From NCBI GenBank assembly GCA_016214345.1, contig JACROR010000025.1, positions 1-51,556 on the forward strand: 51,556 nucleotides of DNA. Direction: 5' to 3'. This document shows positions 35,190 to 43,893 of this stretch, piece by piece. Each line of letters opens with the position of its first letter. The first letter of the stretch is position 1. Under the pieces are notes generated by a model. It had not been told where the DNA came from. It saw nothing but the letters and a program-made list of their open reading frames with translations, and did not search any database. Both the position numbers and the translations under genes were made by a program. This DNA is from Candidatus Niyogibacteria bacterium. Lineage in GTDB: Bacteria; Patescibacteriota; Minisyncoccia; JACROR01.

Positions 35190-35590
35190 TAAACAAAAAA
35201 ACGATTATTTCGATTCTTGCGGGCTTGTTAATAATTTTAGGCGGCGTATATTTTCAAGATATTATCCGGCTTTTAGGTGGCGGAGGAATGGTGAAGACAG
35301 TGTCCGATGATAACTATATGCTGGTCATTGATTATGGCGACGGCCATACGAGGAAATTTAAGGGAGACATGGAGGAGGAATCGGCTAAGGCGTGGGATTT
35401 GCTTCAACAGGCTTCAGCTTTTGGTGTTTCGGTAAAGATTGAAAAAGATTTTGTGCCGCGCTCCATTGATGGGATTGCCAATCAGGGCGATAAAAAATGG
35501 ATTTTATATATAAATGATTTCAGGCAAAATAAAGGACCGTTTGAGGCGCGCGCGCAAAAAGGAGATATAGTTACGTTTAAATATGAATAA
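35186..35590 (+). CDS. membrane-anchored hypothetical protein (DUF4430-like C-terminus)
   Basis: MINKKTIISILAGLLIILGG anchor. The C-terminus W-x-LYIN-x...GD-x-V-x-FKY resembles DUF4430. The track ORF starts at TTG 35165. Confidence 0.45.
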   Translation: MINKKTIISILAGLLIILGGVYFQDIIRLLGGGGMVKTVSDDNYMLVIDYGDGHTRKFKGDMEEESAKAWDLLQQASAFGVSVKIEKDFVPRSIDGIANQGDKKWILYINDFRQNKGPFEARAQKGDIVTFKYE

Positions 35591-36173
35591 GGGCGCGAGA
35601 TCTTCCGATGCTTTTACCATAGTGGAAATGCTGGTTTCCATTTCTATTTTTACGATAATCACTTCTCTGGTTCTGACGAATTACCCGAAATTTTCGGAAC
35701 ATTTCGCGTTGGAGCGCACGGCGCAAGAAGTGGCCCAGTCGTTCCGCGAAGCCAAGACCCTTTCTTTGGCAGTTACGGTCACAGCCACTGAATTAGCTGT
35801 GGGTACTAAGACGGGTTATGGCGTGCATTTTGAACAGAATTCCAAAAACTATCTTATTTTTTCGGACATTTATCCGGATATACCAAATAAGATTTTTGAC
35901 GTAAATAGTGATCGCATAGACAGCAGTTATAATATTCAGGCCGACGCCACGGTAACCGGTTTTTGCGCGGGCAATGATTGCATTTTGAATTCTACTTTTC
36001 AAATGATGGACATAGTTTTCACTCGGCCGGAACCCGCGATAACTTTTTTTGCGGGAGATAGCGGCGCGATGTTGGAGCAGAACGAGCAGAATATTAGTAT
36101 TTTTATAACTAACGGCAAGGGAGAGACTAAAAGAGTTGTGGTGTGGAAAAGCGGACAAATATCGGTGAAGTAA
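35583..36173 (+). CDS. minor pilin / pseudopilin (FimT/GspH-like)
   Basis: Class III signal-like SSDA|FTIVEMLVSISIFTIITS. Confidence 0.6.
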   Translation: MNKGARSSDAFTIVEMLVSISIFTIITSLVLTNYPKFSEHFALERTAQEVAQSFREAKTLSLAVTVTATELAVGTKTGYGVHFEQNSKNYLIFSDIYPDIPNKIFDVNSDRIDSSYNIQADATVTGFCAGNDCILNSTFQMMDIVFTRPEPAITFFAGDSGAMLEQNEQNISIFITNGKGETKRVVVWKSGQISVK

Positions 36174-36208
36174 GCGCAAAACTAAAAGCGAAAAGCGTAA
36201 AAATAAAA

Positions 36209-36784
36209 ATGCAAAATATTCTAAAAACTAAAATCTATAACCTAGCCCCTAATTCCTATCCCCTAAAACCTAATTCAGGTTTTAGTCTGCTGGAAACTTT
36301 GGTGGCTTTAGCCATTTTGAATGCCGCCATGTTGGGTCCCATAACGCTTGCGTATAACAGCATTCGTTCGGCCAGTCTGTCGCATGACAAGACTATCGCC
36401 GCTTTTTTGGCGGAAGAGGCGGTAGAATTGGTACGCGCCAAGCGCGACGCCAATATTTATCAGGGGAGTAATTGGCTGGACGGTTTGTTGGGTGTTTGTG
36501 TCGCGGGTAATCCCTGCCTGGTTGATGCGACCGTGGATATGAGCACGGCTATACGATTGTGCGCCGGTAATTGCGTCGTAAAATACCAATATGACGCCTT
36601 CACCAATTCCGGATTTTACAAGCATCAGGCGGGAGTTGATACGGTTTTTAGCAGGCAAGTCGTGGTGGACGAAGTAACTGCTGGTAAAGAGGCCAAGATC
36701 ACGGTTACGGTTAGTTGGAAGGAACGTTTTTTGCCGTTAGAATCAAAAGTGGAAATAGAAGAACATATTTTTAATTGGCACTGA
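36209..36784 (+). CDS. minor pilin / pseudopilin (PilV-like)
   Basis: MQNILKTKIYNLAPNSYPLKPNSG|FSLLETLVALAIL. Long Lys/Asn-rich leader. The track ORF starts at 36143. Confidence 0.6.
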   Translation: MQNILKTKIYNLAPNSYPLKPNSGFSLLETLVALAILNAAMLGPITLAYNSIRSASLSHDKTIAAFLAEEAVELVRAKRDANIYQGSNWLDGLLGVCVAGNPCLVDATVDMSTAIRLCAGNCVVKYQYDAFTNSGFYKHQAGVDTVFSRQVVVDEVTAGKEAKITVTVSWKERFLPLESKVEIEEHIFNWH

Positions 36785-36791
36785 TGATAAA

Positions 36792-37367
36792 ATGCAAAAC
36801 GCAAAATTAAGAACTAAAAACTATAAACTAAAACCTAATTCGGGTTTTACCTTGTTTGAAATAATCGTGGCTGTGGGCGTTTTTTCCATGGCCATTTCGG
36901 TTATTTTAAGCGCCATGCTTTCCATGACCGAAGCTCAACGCAAGGCCATTACCTTGCAGTCCGCGGAAGATAATTTACGTTTTGCGATAGAGGCGATGTC
37001 TAGAGAAATTCGTACGGGAAACACTTATGATTGCAATAATGCTGGTAACGGTATGCCCAGTAATTGCAATGGAGGAGGAAATAGCCTGGCCTTTGTTTCC
37101 GCTAAAGGAAATCGGATAATTTATAGATGGAACAGTTTAGATTACACCATTGAAAAATCCGTTGATGATGGCGGCGCTTATTATCCGATCACCAGTTCGG
37201 ATATTAAAATTGAAATGCTCCGGTTTTACGTTTTTGGGGCTGGCCAAGACCAAGAACAGCCGAGAGTTTTGATATCCATCAGAGCAACCGCGCAAGATTT
37301 AAAATCAAAAGTCCAATCGCAGTTTAATATACAAACCACTATCGCCCAGCGCGAGTTGGATTCATAA
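36792..37367 (+). CDS. minor pilin / pseudopilin (PilW-like)
   Basis: MQNAKLRTKNYKLKPNSG|FTLFEIIVAVGVF. The leader is homologous to that of 36209..36784. Confidence 0.6.
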   Translation: MQNAKLRTKNYKLKPNSGFTLFEIIVAVGVFSMAISVILSAMLSMTEAQRKAITLQSAEDNLRFAIEAMSREIRTGNTYDCNNAGNGMPSNCNGGGNSLAFVSAKGNRIIYRWNSLDYTIEKSVDDGGAYYPITSSDIKIEMLRFYVFGAGQDQEQPRVLISIRATAQDLKSKVQSQFNIQTTIAQRELDS

Positions 37368-37368
37368 T

Positions 37369-37821
37369 ATGAAAAAAAATCGCGGGATGACATTGCTTTT
37401 ATCTCTACTGATGCTTTCCATGGTTTTGGCGACCAGCTTGAGCGTGTCGTATTTGATCATAACAGGCATAAAATTATCGGAAACCGTAGAGCAGTCGCAA
37501 TTGGCTTATTACGCGGCCGACTCAAGCATTGAGTGCGCGCTTTATGTTGATTTGAAATTGCAGAAATTTGGTCAGGGCAACCCTACTAATGATGTGGAGG
37601 GAGCGTGTAGTGGTGTAGTCGGCGGTAGCGTGCAAAAAATTCCGGACCAGTCTTCGCCATGGAGCAATGGGGCGATTTTTAAGGTGGATTATATCAATGG
37701 CGCGTGTTCGGAGGTTACGGTGGACAAAAGAACCGGTACTGTTATAACGGCCGTTAGTTTTAATGATTGCCGACCGTCCACTCCTCGCAAAGTCAACAGA
37801 AGTTTGGAAATCTCATACTAA
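37369..37821 (+). CDS. PilX-like minor pilin (hydrophobic N-terminus, no Glu+5)
   Basis: MKKNRG|MTLLLSLLMLSMVLA. Four Cys in the globular part. Last gene of the pilin block. Confidence 0.45.
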   Translation: MKKNRGMTLLLSLLMLSMVLATSLSVSYLIITGIKLSETVEQSQLAYYAADSSIECALYVDLKLQKFGQGNPTNDVEGACSGVVGGSVQKIPDQSSPWSNGAIFKVDYINGACSEVTVDKRTGTVITAVSFNDCRPSTPRKVNRSLEISY

Positions 37822-37828
37822 TTAAGTA

Positions 37829-39877
37829 ATGGCTAATAAAAAAGTTAAAAAAGAAATTGCGGATCGCGTAAACCGGTTAAAAAAAACCATCAATCATCAT
37901 CGTTATTTGTATCATGTTTTAGATAAACAGGAGATTTCAGACGCGGCGCTGGATTCTTTGAAGCACGAATTAAAGCTTTTGGAAGACGCCCATCCGGATC
38001 TTATAACTTCGGATTCTCCCACCCAGCGGGTGGGCGGGGAGCCCGCGGCCGGATTCAAAAAAGTGCGGCATGTTATGCCCATGCTTTCTTTGGAAGATAT
38101 TTTTGAAGAAAGCGAATTTATCGATTGGCTTCAACGCGTTCAAAAATTGCTGGGGGGCGGGAAAATACCGACTCTTTTCGTGGAAAATAAATTTGACGGG
38201 CTGGCGCTAAGTTTGGTTTACAGAAATGGCATTTTGGAACGGGCCGCTACGCGCGGCAATGGTCTGGTGGGAGAGGACATCACGCAAAATGCGCGGACCA
38301 TTGAAGCCATTCCGCTTAAATTGGAAATACATAAAGATCCGTCGCCGCGTATATTGAAAAAATTGTCAGCCGTGTTGCGCGATGGGTCGCTGGAGATCCG
38401 CGGCGAGATTCTGATTGATCAAAAAGAATTCAAGAGAATCAACCGCGAGCAAGAGGAGCGGGGTGAAGCGGTCTACGCCAATCCGAGAAATTTGGCCGCC
38501 GGATCCGTACGGCAATTGAATCCCAAGATCGCGGCATCGCGGAAGCTTACTTTTTCCGCTTATGATCTCGTGGGGGATGTGGGGCAGAAGCGGCACTCCG
38601 AAGAACATGAGATTTTGTTTGCCTTGGGATTCAAGTCGGACAGCGAAGCTAAAATATGCGTGAATGAGGCGCAAGTTTTTGAAGCGCGGAAAAATGTTGA
38701 GAAGCGCCGCGAATATTTGGGCTATGGCATTGACGGGTTGGTGGTCACGGTTGATGAAAATTTGCTTTTTGAGGGCTTAGGCGTAGCGGGTAAAGCTCCG
38801 CGCGGAGCCGTGGCTTTTAAATTCCCGCCGTTGGAGGCGACGACCACGGTAAAAGATATAATTGTTCAGGTGGGCCGCACCGGTGCGCTGACTCCTGTGG
38901 CCTTACTTCAGCCGGTAAATATCGGCGGAGTGGTGGTGGGTCGCGCCACGCTTCACAATGAAGATGAGATCAACCGCTTGGGCGTTAAAATAGGCGATAC
39001 GGTAATCGTGGGCCGCGCCGGAGACGTTATACCTGATATTAAAAAGGTTCTTACGGATTTGCGGAATGGCCGGGAACGCGCGTTTCGTATGCCTAAATCA
39101 TGTCCCGTGTGCAAAGGAGAGATAAAAAAAGATAAAGACGGCGTCATGCGCAGATGTATTAATAAAAAATGTTCCGCTCGTTCTTTGCGATCCATTTATT
39201 ATTTTGTTTCCAGGCAGGGATTTGATATCAAAGGGCTGGGCCCTAAAATAATCAAGGCGTTATTTGACGCGAGACTTATTCAGGATGCCGCGGATTTGTT
39301 TGAATTGAAAGAGGGTGATTTGACGCCGCTGGAGAGATTCGCGGAAAAATCCGCGGAAAATTTGATCCGAGCTATTGTGGCAAAAAAAGAAGTTGAACTC
39401 GCGATTTTTATACAATCTTTAGGTATATTGCATGTGGGGGCGGAAACGGCGGAAGATCTGGCGAGCCGCTTTCAATCTTTTGAAAAATTGCGAGAGGCGA
39501 CCGTGGAAGATTTAGGGCGCGTGCCAAATATCGGAACGGTGGTGGCAAAAAGTATTTTTAGTTGGCTACAGGACGCCCACAATAAGGATTTTTTACGAAA
39601 GCTGTTGCGTCATGTTAGTATAAAATATAAAAAGGTGGAGCGATCCAAGAAATTGTCCGGAAAAGTATTCGTGTTGACCGGTACTTTGGCAGCTCTGTCT
39701 CGCGATGAGGCGAAGAAACGTATCAGGGAATTGTCGGGCGATATTTCGGAGTCGGTATCGCGAAAGACCACTTTCGTGGTGGCAGGCGAGGAGCCGGGAT
39801 CAAAATTGGCGCACGCTAAAGAGTTGGGCGTACAAATTTTGAGTGAAAAAGATTTTTTGAAATTATTATTAAAATGA
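37829..39877 (+). CDS. ligA: NAD-dependent DNA ligase LigA
   Basis: 682 aa. Adenylation motif ENKFDGLA, OB fold, Cys4 zinc finger CPVC...C..KC, HhH repeats, C-terminal BRCT. Confidence 0.95.
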   Translation: MANKKVKKEIADRVNRLKKTINHHRYLYHVLDKQEISDAALDSLKHELKLLEDAHPDLITSDSPTQRVGGEPAAGFKKVRHVMPMLSLEDIFEESEFIDWLQRVQKLLGGGKIPTLFVENKFDGLALSLVYRNGILERAATRGNGLVGEDITQNARTIEAIPLKLEIHKDPSPRILKKLSAVLRDGSLEIRGEILIDQKEFKRINREQEERGEAVYANPRNLAAGSVRQLNPKIAASRKLTFSAYDLVGDVGQKRHSEEHEILFALGFKSDSEAKICVNEAQVFEARKNVEKRREYLGYGIDGLVVTVDENLLFEGLGVAGKAPRGAVAFKFPPLEATTTVKDIIVQVGRTGALTPVALLQPVNIGGVVVGRATLHNEDEINRLGVKIGDTVIVGRAGDVIPDIKKVLTDLRNGRERAFRMPKSCPVCKGEIKKDKDGVMRRCINKKCSARSLRSIYYFVSRQGFDIKGLGPKIIKALFDARLIQDAADLFELKEGDLTPLERFAEKSAENLIRAIVAKKEVELAIFIQSLGILHVGAETAEDLASRFQSFEKLREATVEDLGRVPNIGTVVAKSIFSWLQDAHNKDFLRKLLRHVSIKYKKVERSKKLSGKVFVLTGTLAALSRDEAKKRIRELSGDISESVSRKTTFVVAGEEPGSKLAHAKELGVQILSEKDFLKLLLK

Positions 39878-39901
39878 ACTTGGACGCTCGGTGTCCAAGT
39901 T
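39877..39901 (+). terminator. hairpin between ligA and gatC (weak terminator or attenuator)
   Basis: aacttggac-gctcggt-gtccaagtt, followed only by gggaatttt. Confidence 0.35.
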
Positions 39902-39922
39902 GGGAATTTTGCGTTAACTAAT

Positions 39923-40264
39923 ATGGATATAGAAAAAATCAGTCAGCTGGCGCGGCTAAAATTAAATGACCAAGAAAAGGAAACTTTAAGTAAAGAGCTC
40001 AATTCAATTTTGGCGTACATAGATAAATTGAAAGAATCCGACGTGAGAGAGGCGCCGCCAGCCCAAGGCTGGTCCGCCTCGGGCGGAGAAGATTTTGCAG
40101 GGGCGTTTAATGATCTTCGTGAAGATGAGGTGCCGCCAGCCCAAGGCGGATCCCTGCCTACCGGACAGGCGGGCGCCTCGGGCGGAGAAGATCTGGTGGA
40201 GGCGTCTCCGGAAAAGGCCCGCGGATTTATCAAGGTTAAAGGAGTTTTTGATGTCCAGAATTGA
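39923..40264 (+). CDS. gatC: Asp/Glu-tRNA amidotransferase subunit C carrying two in-frame repeat-element insertions
   Basis: N-terminus IEKISQLARLKLNDQEKETLSKELNSILAYIDKL and the LREDEV motif are typical of GatC. The extra segments PPAQGWSASGGED and PPAQGGSLPTGQAGASGGED are encoded by palindromic elements. Confidence 0.8.
   Translation: MDIEKISQLARLKLNDQEKETLSKELNSILAYIDKLKESDVREAPPAQGWSASGGEDFAGAFNDLREDEVPPAQGGSLPTGQAGASGGEDLVEASPEKARGFIKVKGVFDVQN
40055..40086. repeat. family B double-hairpin element, in frame within gatC
   Basis: ccgccagcccaaggctggtccgcctcgggcgg is the reverse complement of the type inserted in the tRNA-Arg fragment at 14711-14740. Confidence 0.7.
40133..40185. repeat. 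family B element with a nested family A palindrome, in frame within gatC
   Basis: ccgccagcccaaggcgg-atc-cctgcctaccggacaggcgg-gcgcctcgggcgg. Confidence 0.7.
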
Positions 40265-41696
40265 TTTAAATTCATTATCTATAGCCAAGACGCGAGAGCT
40301 GGTCACGGCGGGCGATATTTCTTGTCGGGAGTTGGTGGAAATTTATCACGGACAGATAAAAGAGCATCGCGATCTTAACGCTTATTTGGAGGTTTTTGAC
40401 GACGCTTATGAGTTGGCCGAAAAAGAGGATATTGCCATAAAAAGCGGGCAATCTCCCAAATTATTGTCTGGCGTGGCGTTGGCCATTAAAGACAATATGT
40501 TGATAAAAAACAAAAAAATTACGGCCGGATCAAAAATGCTGGAAGGTTACACGGCGTCTTACGATGCTTATGTAATTAAAAAATTACGCGACGCCGGAGT
40601 CATTTTTTTGGGGAGAACCAATATGGATGAGTTTGCCATGGGATCGTCTTGTGAGAATTCGGCATATGGCGTTACCAAAAATCCTTGGGATCATTCGCGC
40701 GTGCCCGGAGGATCGTCGGGTGGTTCGGCGGCGGCTGTGGCATCGCACCAATGTTTGGCCGCGCTGGGTTCGGATACGGGAGGATCTATCCGCGAACCGG
40801 CGAGTTTTTGTGGGACAGTAGGATTAAAGCCAACTTACGGTTCGGTATCGCGCAGTGGGCTTATCGCTATGGCGTCATCTTTGGATGTGATCGGCCCTTT
40901 TACCAAGAGCGTGGACGACGCGGAAGAGATTTTTAAAATTATTCTGGGAAAAGATCCCAAAGACGCCACCACCGTAACTTATATTACCAAAAATTCGGGC
41001 AAGCATCCGGTGATAGGCGTGCCGCGCGAATTTTTTTCACTAAAAGAGCGAGGCAAAGAAGGGGTGGATGGCGATGTCGCGAAAGCGCTGAGTGAGGCGA
41101 TAGATTCGCTTAAATCCGCCGGTTACGAAATAAAAGAAGTATCTTTGCCGAACGCGGATTACGCGTTGGCTTGTTATTATATTTTGATGCCGGCGGAAGT
41201 TTCTTCCAATCTGGCGCGCTTTGACGGTATAAGATATGGCGCGAGAGCAAAGGCGGAAAATTTGTTGGAAATATACGCCAATACGCGGGGAGAGAAGTTC
41301 GGCCGGGAAGTCAGACGCCGTATTATTTTGGGAACTTATGTGTTGTCCGCCGGATATTATGATGCTTATTACAGCCGCGCGGAGAAGGTGCGTTGGCTGA
41401 TTAGGCGTGATTTTGAAAATGTGTTTCGCGATGTGGATGTTATAATTTCTCCGACCGTAGCCACGCCCGCTTTCAAGATCGGAGAAAAAACCGCCGATCC
41501 TTTGTCTATGTACTTGTCGGATATTTTCACCATTCCCGCAAATTTAGCGGGAATTCCGGCAATGTCCGTGCCGTTCGGTTTCGCGGAGCGTGATGGCAAA
41601 AAGCTTCCGATCGGCGTGCAATTGATGGCGCCACGATTTGCCGAGAGCGTATTATTTGATGTCGGACGCGCGTTGGAGCGCGCTCGCAGCGTGTAA
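40251..41696 (+). CDS. gatA: Asp/Glu-tRNA amidotransferase subunit A (amidase signature family)
   Basis: ATG 40251 (MSRIDLNSLSI...). GGSSGGSAAAVA and GSDTGGSIR amidase signature. Overlaps the gatC end by 14 nt. The track ORF extension from 40095 is not credible. Confidence 0.93.
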   Translation: MSRIDLNSLSIAKTRELVTAGDISCRELVEIYHGQIKEHRDLNAYLEVFDDAYELAEKEDIAIKSGQSPKLLSGVALAIKDNMLIKNKKITAGSKMLEGYTASYDAYVIKKLRDAGVIFLGRTNMDEFAMGSSCENSAYGVTKNPWDHSRVPGGSSGGSAAAVASHQCLAALGSDTGGSIREPASFCGTVGLKPTYGSVSRSGLIAMASSLDVIGPFTKSVDDAEEIFKIILGKDPKDATTVTYITKNSGKHPVIGVPREFFSLKERGKEGVDGDVAKALSEAIDSLKSAGYEIKEVSLPNADYALACYYILMPAEVSSNLARFDGIRYGARAKAENLLEIYANTRGEKFGREVRRRIILGTYVLSAGYYDAYYSRAEKVRWLIRRDFENVFRDVDVIISPTVATPAFKIGEKTADPLSMYLSDIFTIPANLAGIPAMSVPFGFAERDGKKLPIGVQLMAPRFAESVLFDVGRALERARSV

Positions 41697-41702
41697 TTAT
41701 TT

Positions 41703-42257
41703 ATGATGGACACATTTCCCGTTTTAAACAGCGCAGCTCGTTTTATAAATGATATTATTTTTGGTATTGCCGTTTTTCCCTGGCAGCCGTTCATTTTGAA
41801 GTTAAAAATAGTCGCGCTTATTTTATCGGCAATATTCATATCGGGCATTATTTATGCTTCCCGCAAGGCGTTTGCTTTGATGCAAAAAAAGAATATAGCG
41901 ACTTTTTTTGATGTTTGGAGCGAGCTTCCTGTGGAGAAGAGGGCGTCTCGTTGGGCGAATGTTAAAAAACGCCTGGATTCGGATAATGTTTCTGATTGGA
42001 AATTCGCCATTTTGGAAGCGGACGGCATTTTAGATGATATTATGAAAAAGATCGGTTATAGGGGAGAAACTTTGGGCGAGCGGCTGATGAGGATAGAGCC
42101 AAGCGATTTTGATTCTTTGCAGGAAGTGTGGGCGGCGCACAAAGTGAGAAACCGCATCGCGCACGAAGCGGCGACTTATCAGATTTCTAAAACCGAAGCG
42201 GAGCAAGTAATCGCCTATTACGAAAAAGGTCTTAAAGAACTGGAATATATCTCTTAG
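41703..42257 (+). CDS. hypothetical membrane protein
   Basis: 184 aa with one TM helix (VALILSAIFISGIIY) and a helical C-terminal domain. No known motif. Confidence 0.55.
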   Translation: MMDTFPVLNSAARFINDIIFGIAVFPWQPFILKLKIVALILSAIFISGIIYASRKAFALMQKKNIATFFDVWSELPVEKRASRWANVKKRLDSDNVSDWKFAILEADGILDDIMKKIGYRGETLGERLMRIEPSDFDSLQEVWAAHKVRNRIAHEAATYQISKTEAEQVIAYYEKGLKELEYIS

Positions 42258-42336
42258 AGTTAAGACGGTTTACAATCCCAATAGACCATGCTAAGGTTCC
42301 GACAAGTTCGGAACTTTTACAATTTTAGGAGGTGTT

Positions 42337-42777
42337 ATGGGCACTAAAGAAAAGGACGATATCAATAGCATGTTGTTGGCAATTCTTGAAAATTGTCCCG
42401 AAGACGCTTATCTTCGCATGAGGGCGGGTCAGGTGATTGATTTGCAGGAGCGGCTACATGTGGAAGAAACAGAATTGTTGAGACTAATTCAGGAATTTCA
42501 GGTAGAGTGCCGGCATGAAGCGATAACGGAAGTCAAGAAATATGATTTTGCTTACAGCTCGCGCGTGGGCGGAATCGGTATTGGCGGGCTGCATGTAATG
42601 TTGGGACATAGGTGCTCCAAGTGCAAAATTTTTAAGCCGAGGAAAGAAGGGCCGCCGTTTGAGGTTTGCTATAGGTGCGGCGGTGATATGAAATTTGATC
42701 GCCATGACTTATATTGTGGAGATAGTGTGCATACTTATAAATGCATCGCTTGCGGCCATGAACACGATGCGACCTAA
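42337..42777 (+). CDS. hypothetical Cys-rich (zinc-ribbon-like) protein
   Basis: 146 aa. AGGAGG RBS. CSKC...CYRC...CIAC pairs. Followed by its own strong terminator. Confidence 0.55.
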   Translation: MGTKEKDDINSMLLAILENCPEDAYLRMRAGQVIDLQERLHVEETELLRLIQEFQVECRHEAITEVKKYDFAYSSRVGGIGIGGLHVMLGHRCSKCKIFKPRKEGPPFEVCYRCGGDMKFDRHDLYCGDSVHTYKCIACGHEHDAT

Positions 42778-42790
42778 TTAAGAATAAATT

Positions 42791-42830
42791 AAAACCTCAT
42801 CAGCTCAAAGCTGATGAGGTTTATTATTTT
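42791..42830 (+). terminator. rho-independent terminator
   Basis: 12-bp perfect stem acctcatcagct-caa-agctgatgaggt followed by ttattatttt. Confidence 0.8.
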
Positions 42831-42866
42831 GTTTTAATGTGATAGATTAGTGTATAGAAATTCAAT

Positions 42867-42941
42867 GCGGCGGTAGTTCAGCCCGGTTAGAACGCTCGCC
42901 TGTCACGCGAGAGGTCGTGGGTTCAAATCCCATCCGCCGCG
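42867..42941 (+). tRNA. tRNA-Asp, anticodon GUC
   Basis: 75 nt. Acceptor GCGGCGG/CCGCCGC, anticodon arm CTCGC-CTGTCAC-GCGAG, T arm GTGGG-TTCAAAT-CCCAT, discriminator G. Confidence 0.9.
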
Positions 42942-43066
42942 CATAGTTCGGAACGAACAATAAAATATGATGGGATTTGAACGGAGCGATATTATCGCTC
43001 CGCGGGATTTTCATAGGAGAAAATCAAATCCCATCCGCCGCGCATAGTTCGGAACGAACAATAAAA
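42924..43066 (+). repeat. 42-bp perfect direct repeat duplicating the tRNA-Asp 3' end plus 24 nt of flank
   Basis: caaatcccatccgccgcgcatagttcggaacgaacaataaaa occurs at 42924-42965 and 43025-43066. The 59-bp spacer contains an inverted T-arm copy (gatgggatttgaac) and the hairpin ggagcgat-att-atcgctcc. Confidence 0.85.
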
Positions 43067-43100
43067 AATCCTGTCGCTTGAGAGCAATAGGATTTTTTTA
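43064..43100. terminator. bidirectional terminator-like hairpin between the tRNA-Asp region and pyrH
   Basis: aaaaaatcct...aggattttttt. The stem is short (6 bp) with a large loop. Confidence 0.4.
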
Positions 43101-43823
43101 TCAATATATAAAGGAGCCGATTTGTTGTTTGGTGACCGCGCGGATCAGATTGCCTTTTTTGAAAAAATTGAACACCAGAATCGGCATTTGGTGCTCGCGG
43201 GCCAATCCTATGGCGGCGCTGTCCATGATGCGCAGATTTTTTTTCATGACTTCGTCATAGGAAGTCTTTTCTATAAGGCGCGCGTTAGCGTGTTGATTGG
43301 GGTCTTTATCGTAGATTCCGTCCACTTTGGTGGCTTTAAGCACTATTTCCGCGCCGATGTCCAGCGCTTTTTCCACGGCCGCGGTATCGGTTGTGAAGTT
43401 GGGATTTCCGGTTCCGCCGGCTAAGATGACCACCCTGCCTTCTTCCATGTGGTGTTCGGCGCGACGTTTTATGTATTGTTCGCAGATTTGCGGCATGACG
43501 ATGGAACTTTGCACTCGCGTAGAAATTTCCATTCTTTCTAATTGGTCTTGGATGGCAAGCGCGTTGACGACGGTGCAGAGCATCCCCATGCGGTCAGGAG
43601 TAGTTGAATCATGGAACAATGGCTTTAATTCTTTGCCGCGAATGAAGTTTCCGCCGCCTATTACGATGGCCAATTTCAGTTTGGGAAATTCATGCAGGAG
43701 ATTTCTAATCTCCCGCGTGATAAAAGCCAGCGAGCGTTTTATGTTCAGCGGTTTTTTGGGACTTCCCAAGGACTCTCCCGTAAGTTTTAAAAGAACGATA
43801 TTATAGTATTCTGGCACTTCCAT
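43101..43823 (-). CDS. pyrH: UMP kinase
   Basis: 240 aa, amino-acid-kinase fold. LLKLTGESLG, VIGGGN, GTGNPNFTTDTAA, KATKVDGIYDKDP. Confidence 0.92.
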   Translation of the reverse strand: MEVPEYYNIVLLKLTGESLGSPKKPLNIKRSLAFITREIRNLLHEFPKLKLAIVIGGGNFIRGKELKPLFHDSTTPDRMGMLCTVVNALAIQDQLERMEISTRVQSSIVMPQICEQYIKRRAEHHMEEGRVVILAGGTGNPNFTTDTAAVEKALDIGAEIVLKATKVDGIYDKDPNQHANARLIEKTSYDEVMKKNLRIMDSAAIGLAREHQMPILVFNFFKKGNLIRAVTKQQIGSFIY

Positions 43824-43893
43824 TTTCTTCCTCCATTTCCGTATTTTTTCAATTGTTTACATAATAATTTAATTGGCGCAAAATGCAATACTT

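Noticed and set aside
40095-40250. 156-nt upstream extension of the gatA ORF
   Set aside because: It lies inside gatC in another frame and crosses the palindromic insertions. The canonical GatA N-terminus starts at ATG 40251.
41697-42257. Missing gatB after gatC-gatA
   Set aside because: gatB is often unlinked from gatCA, and its absence from a single window says nothing about the genome.
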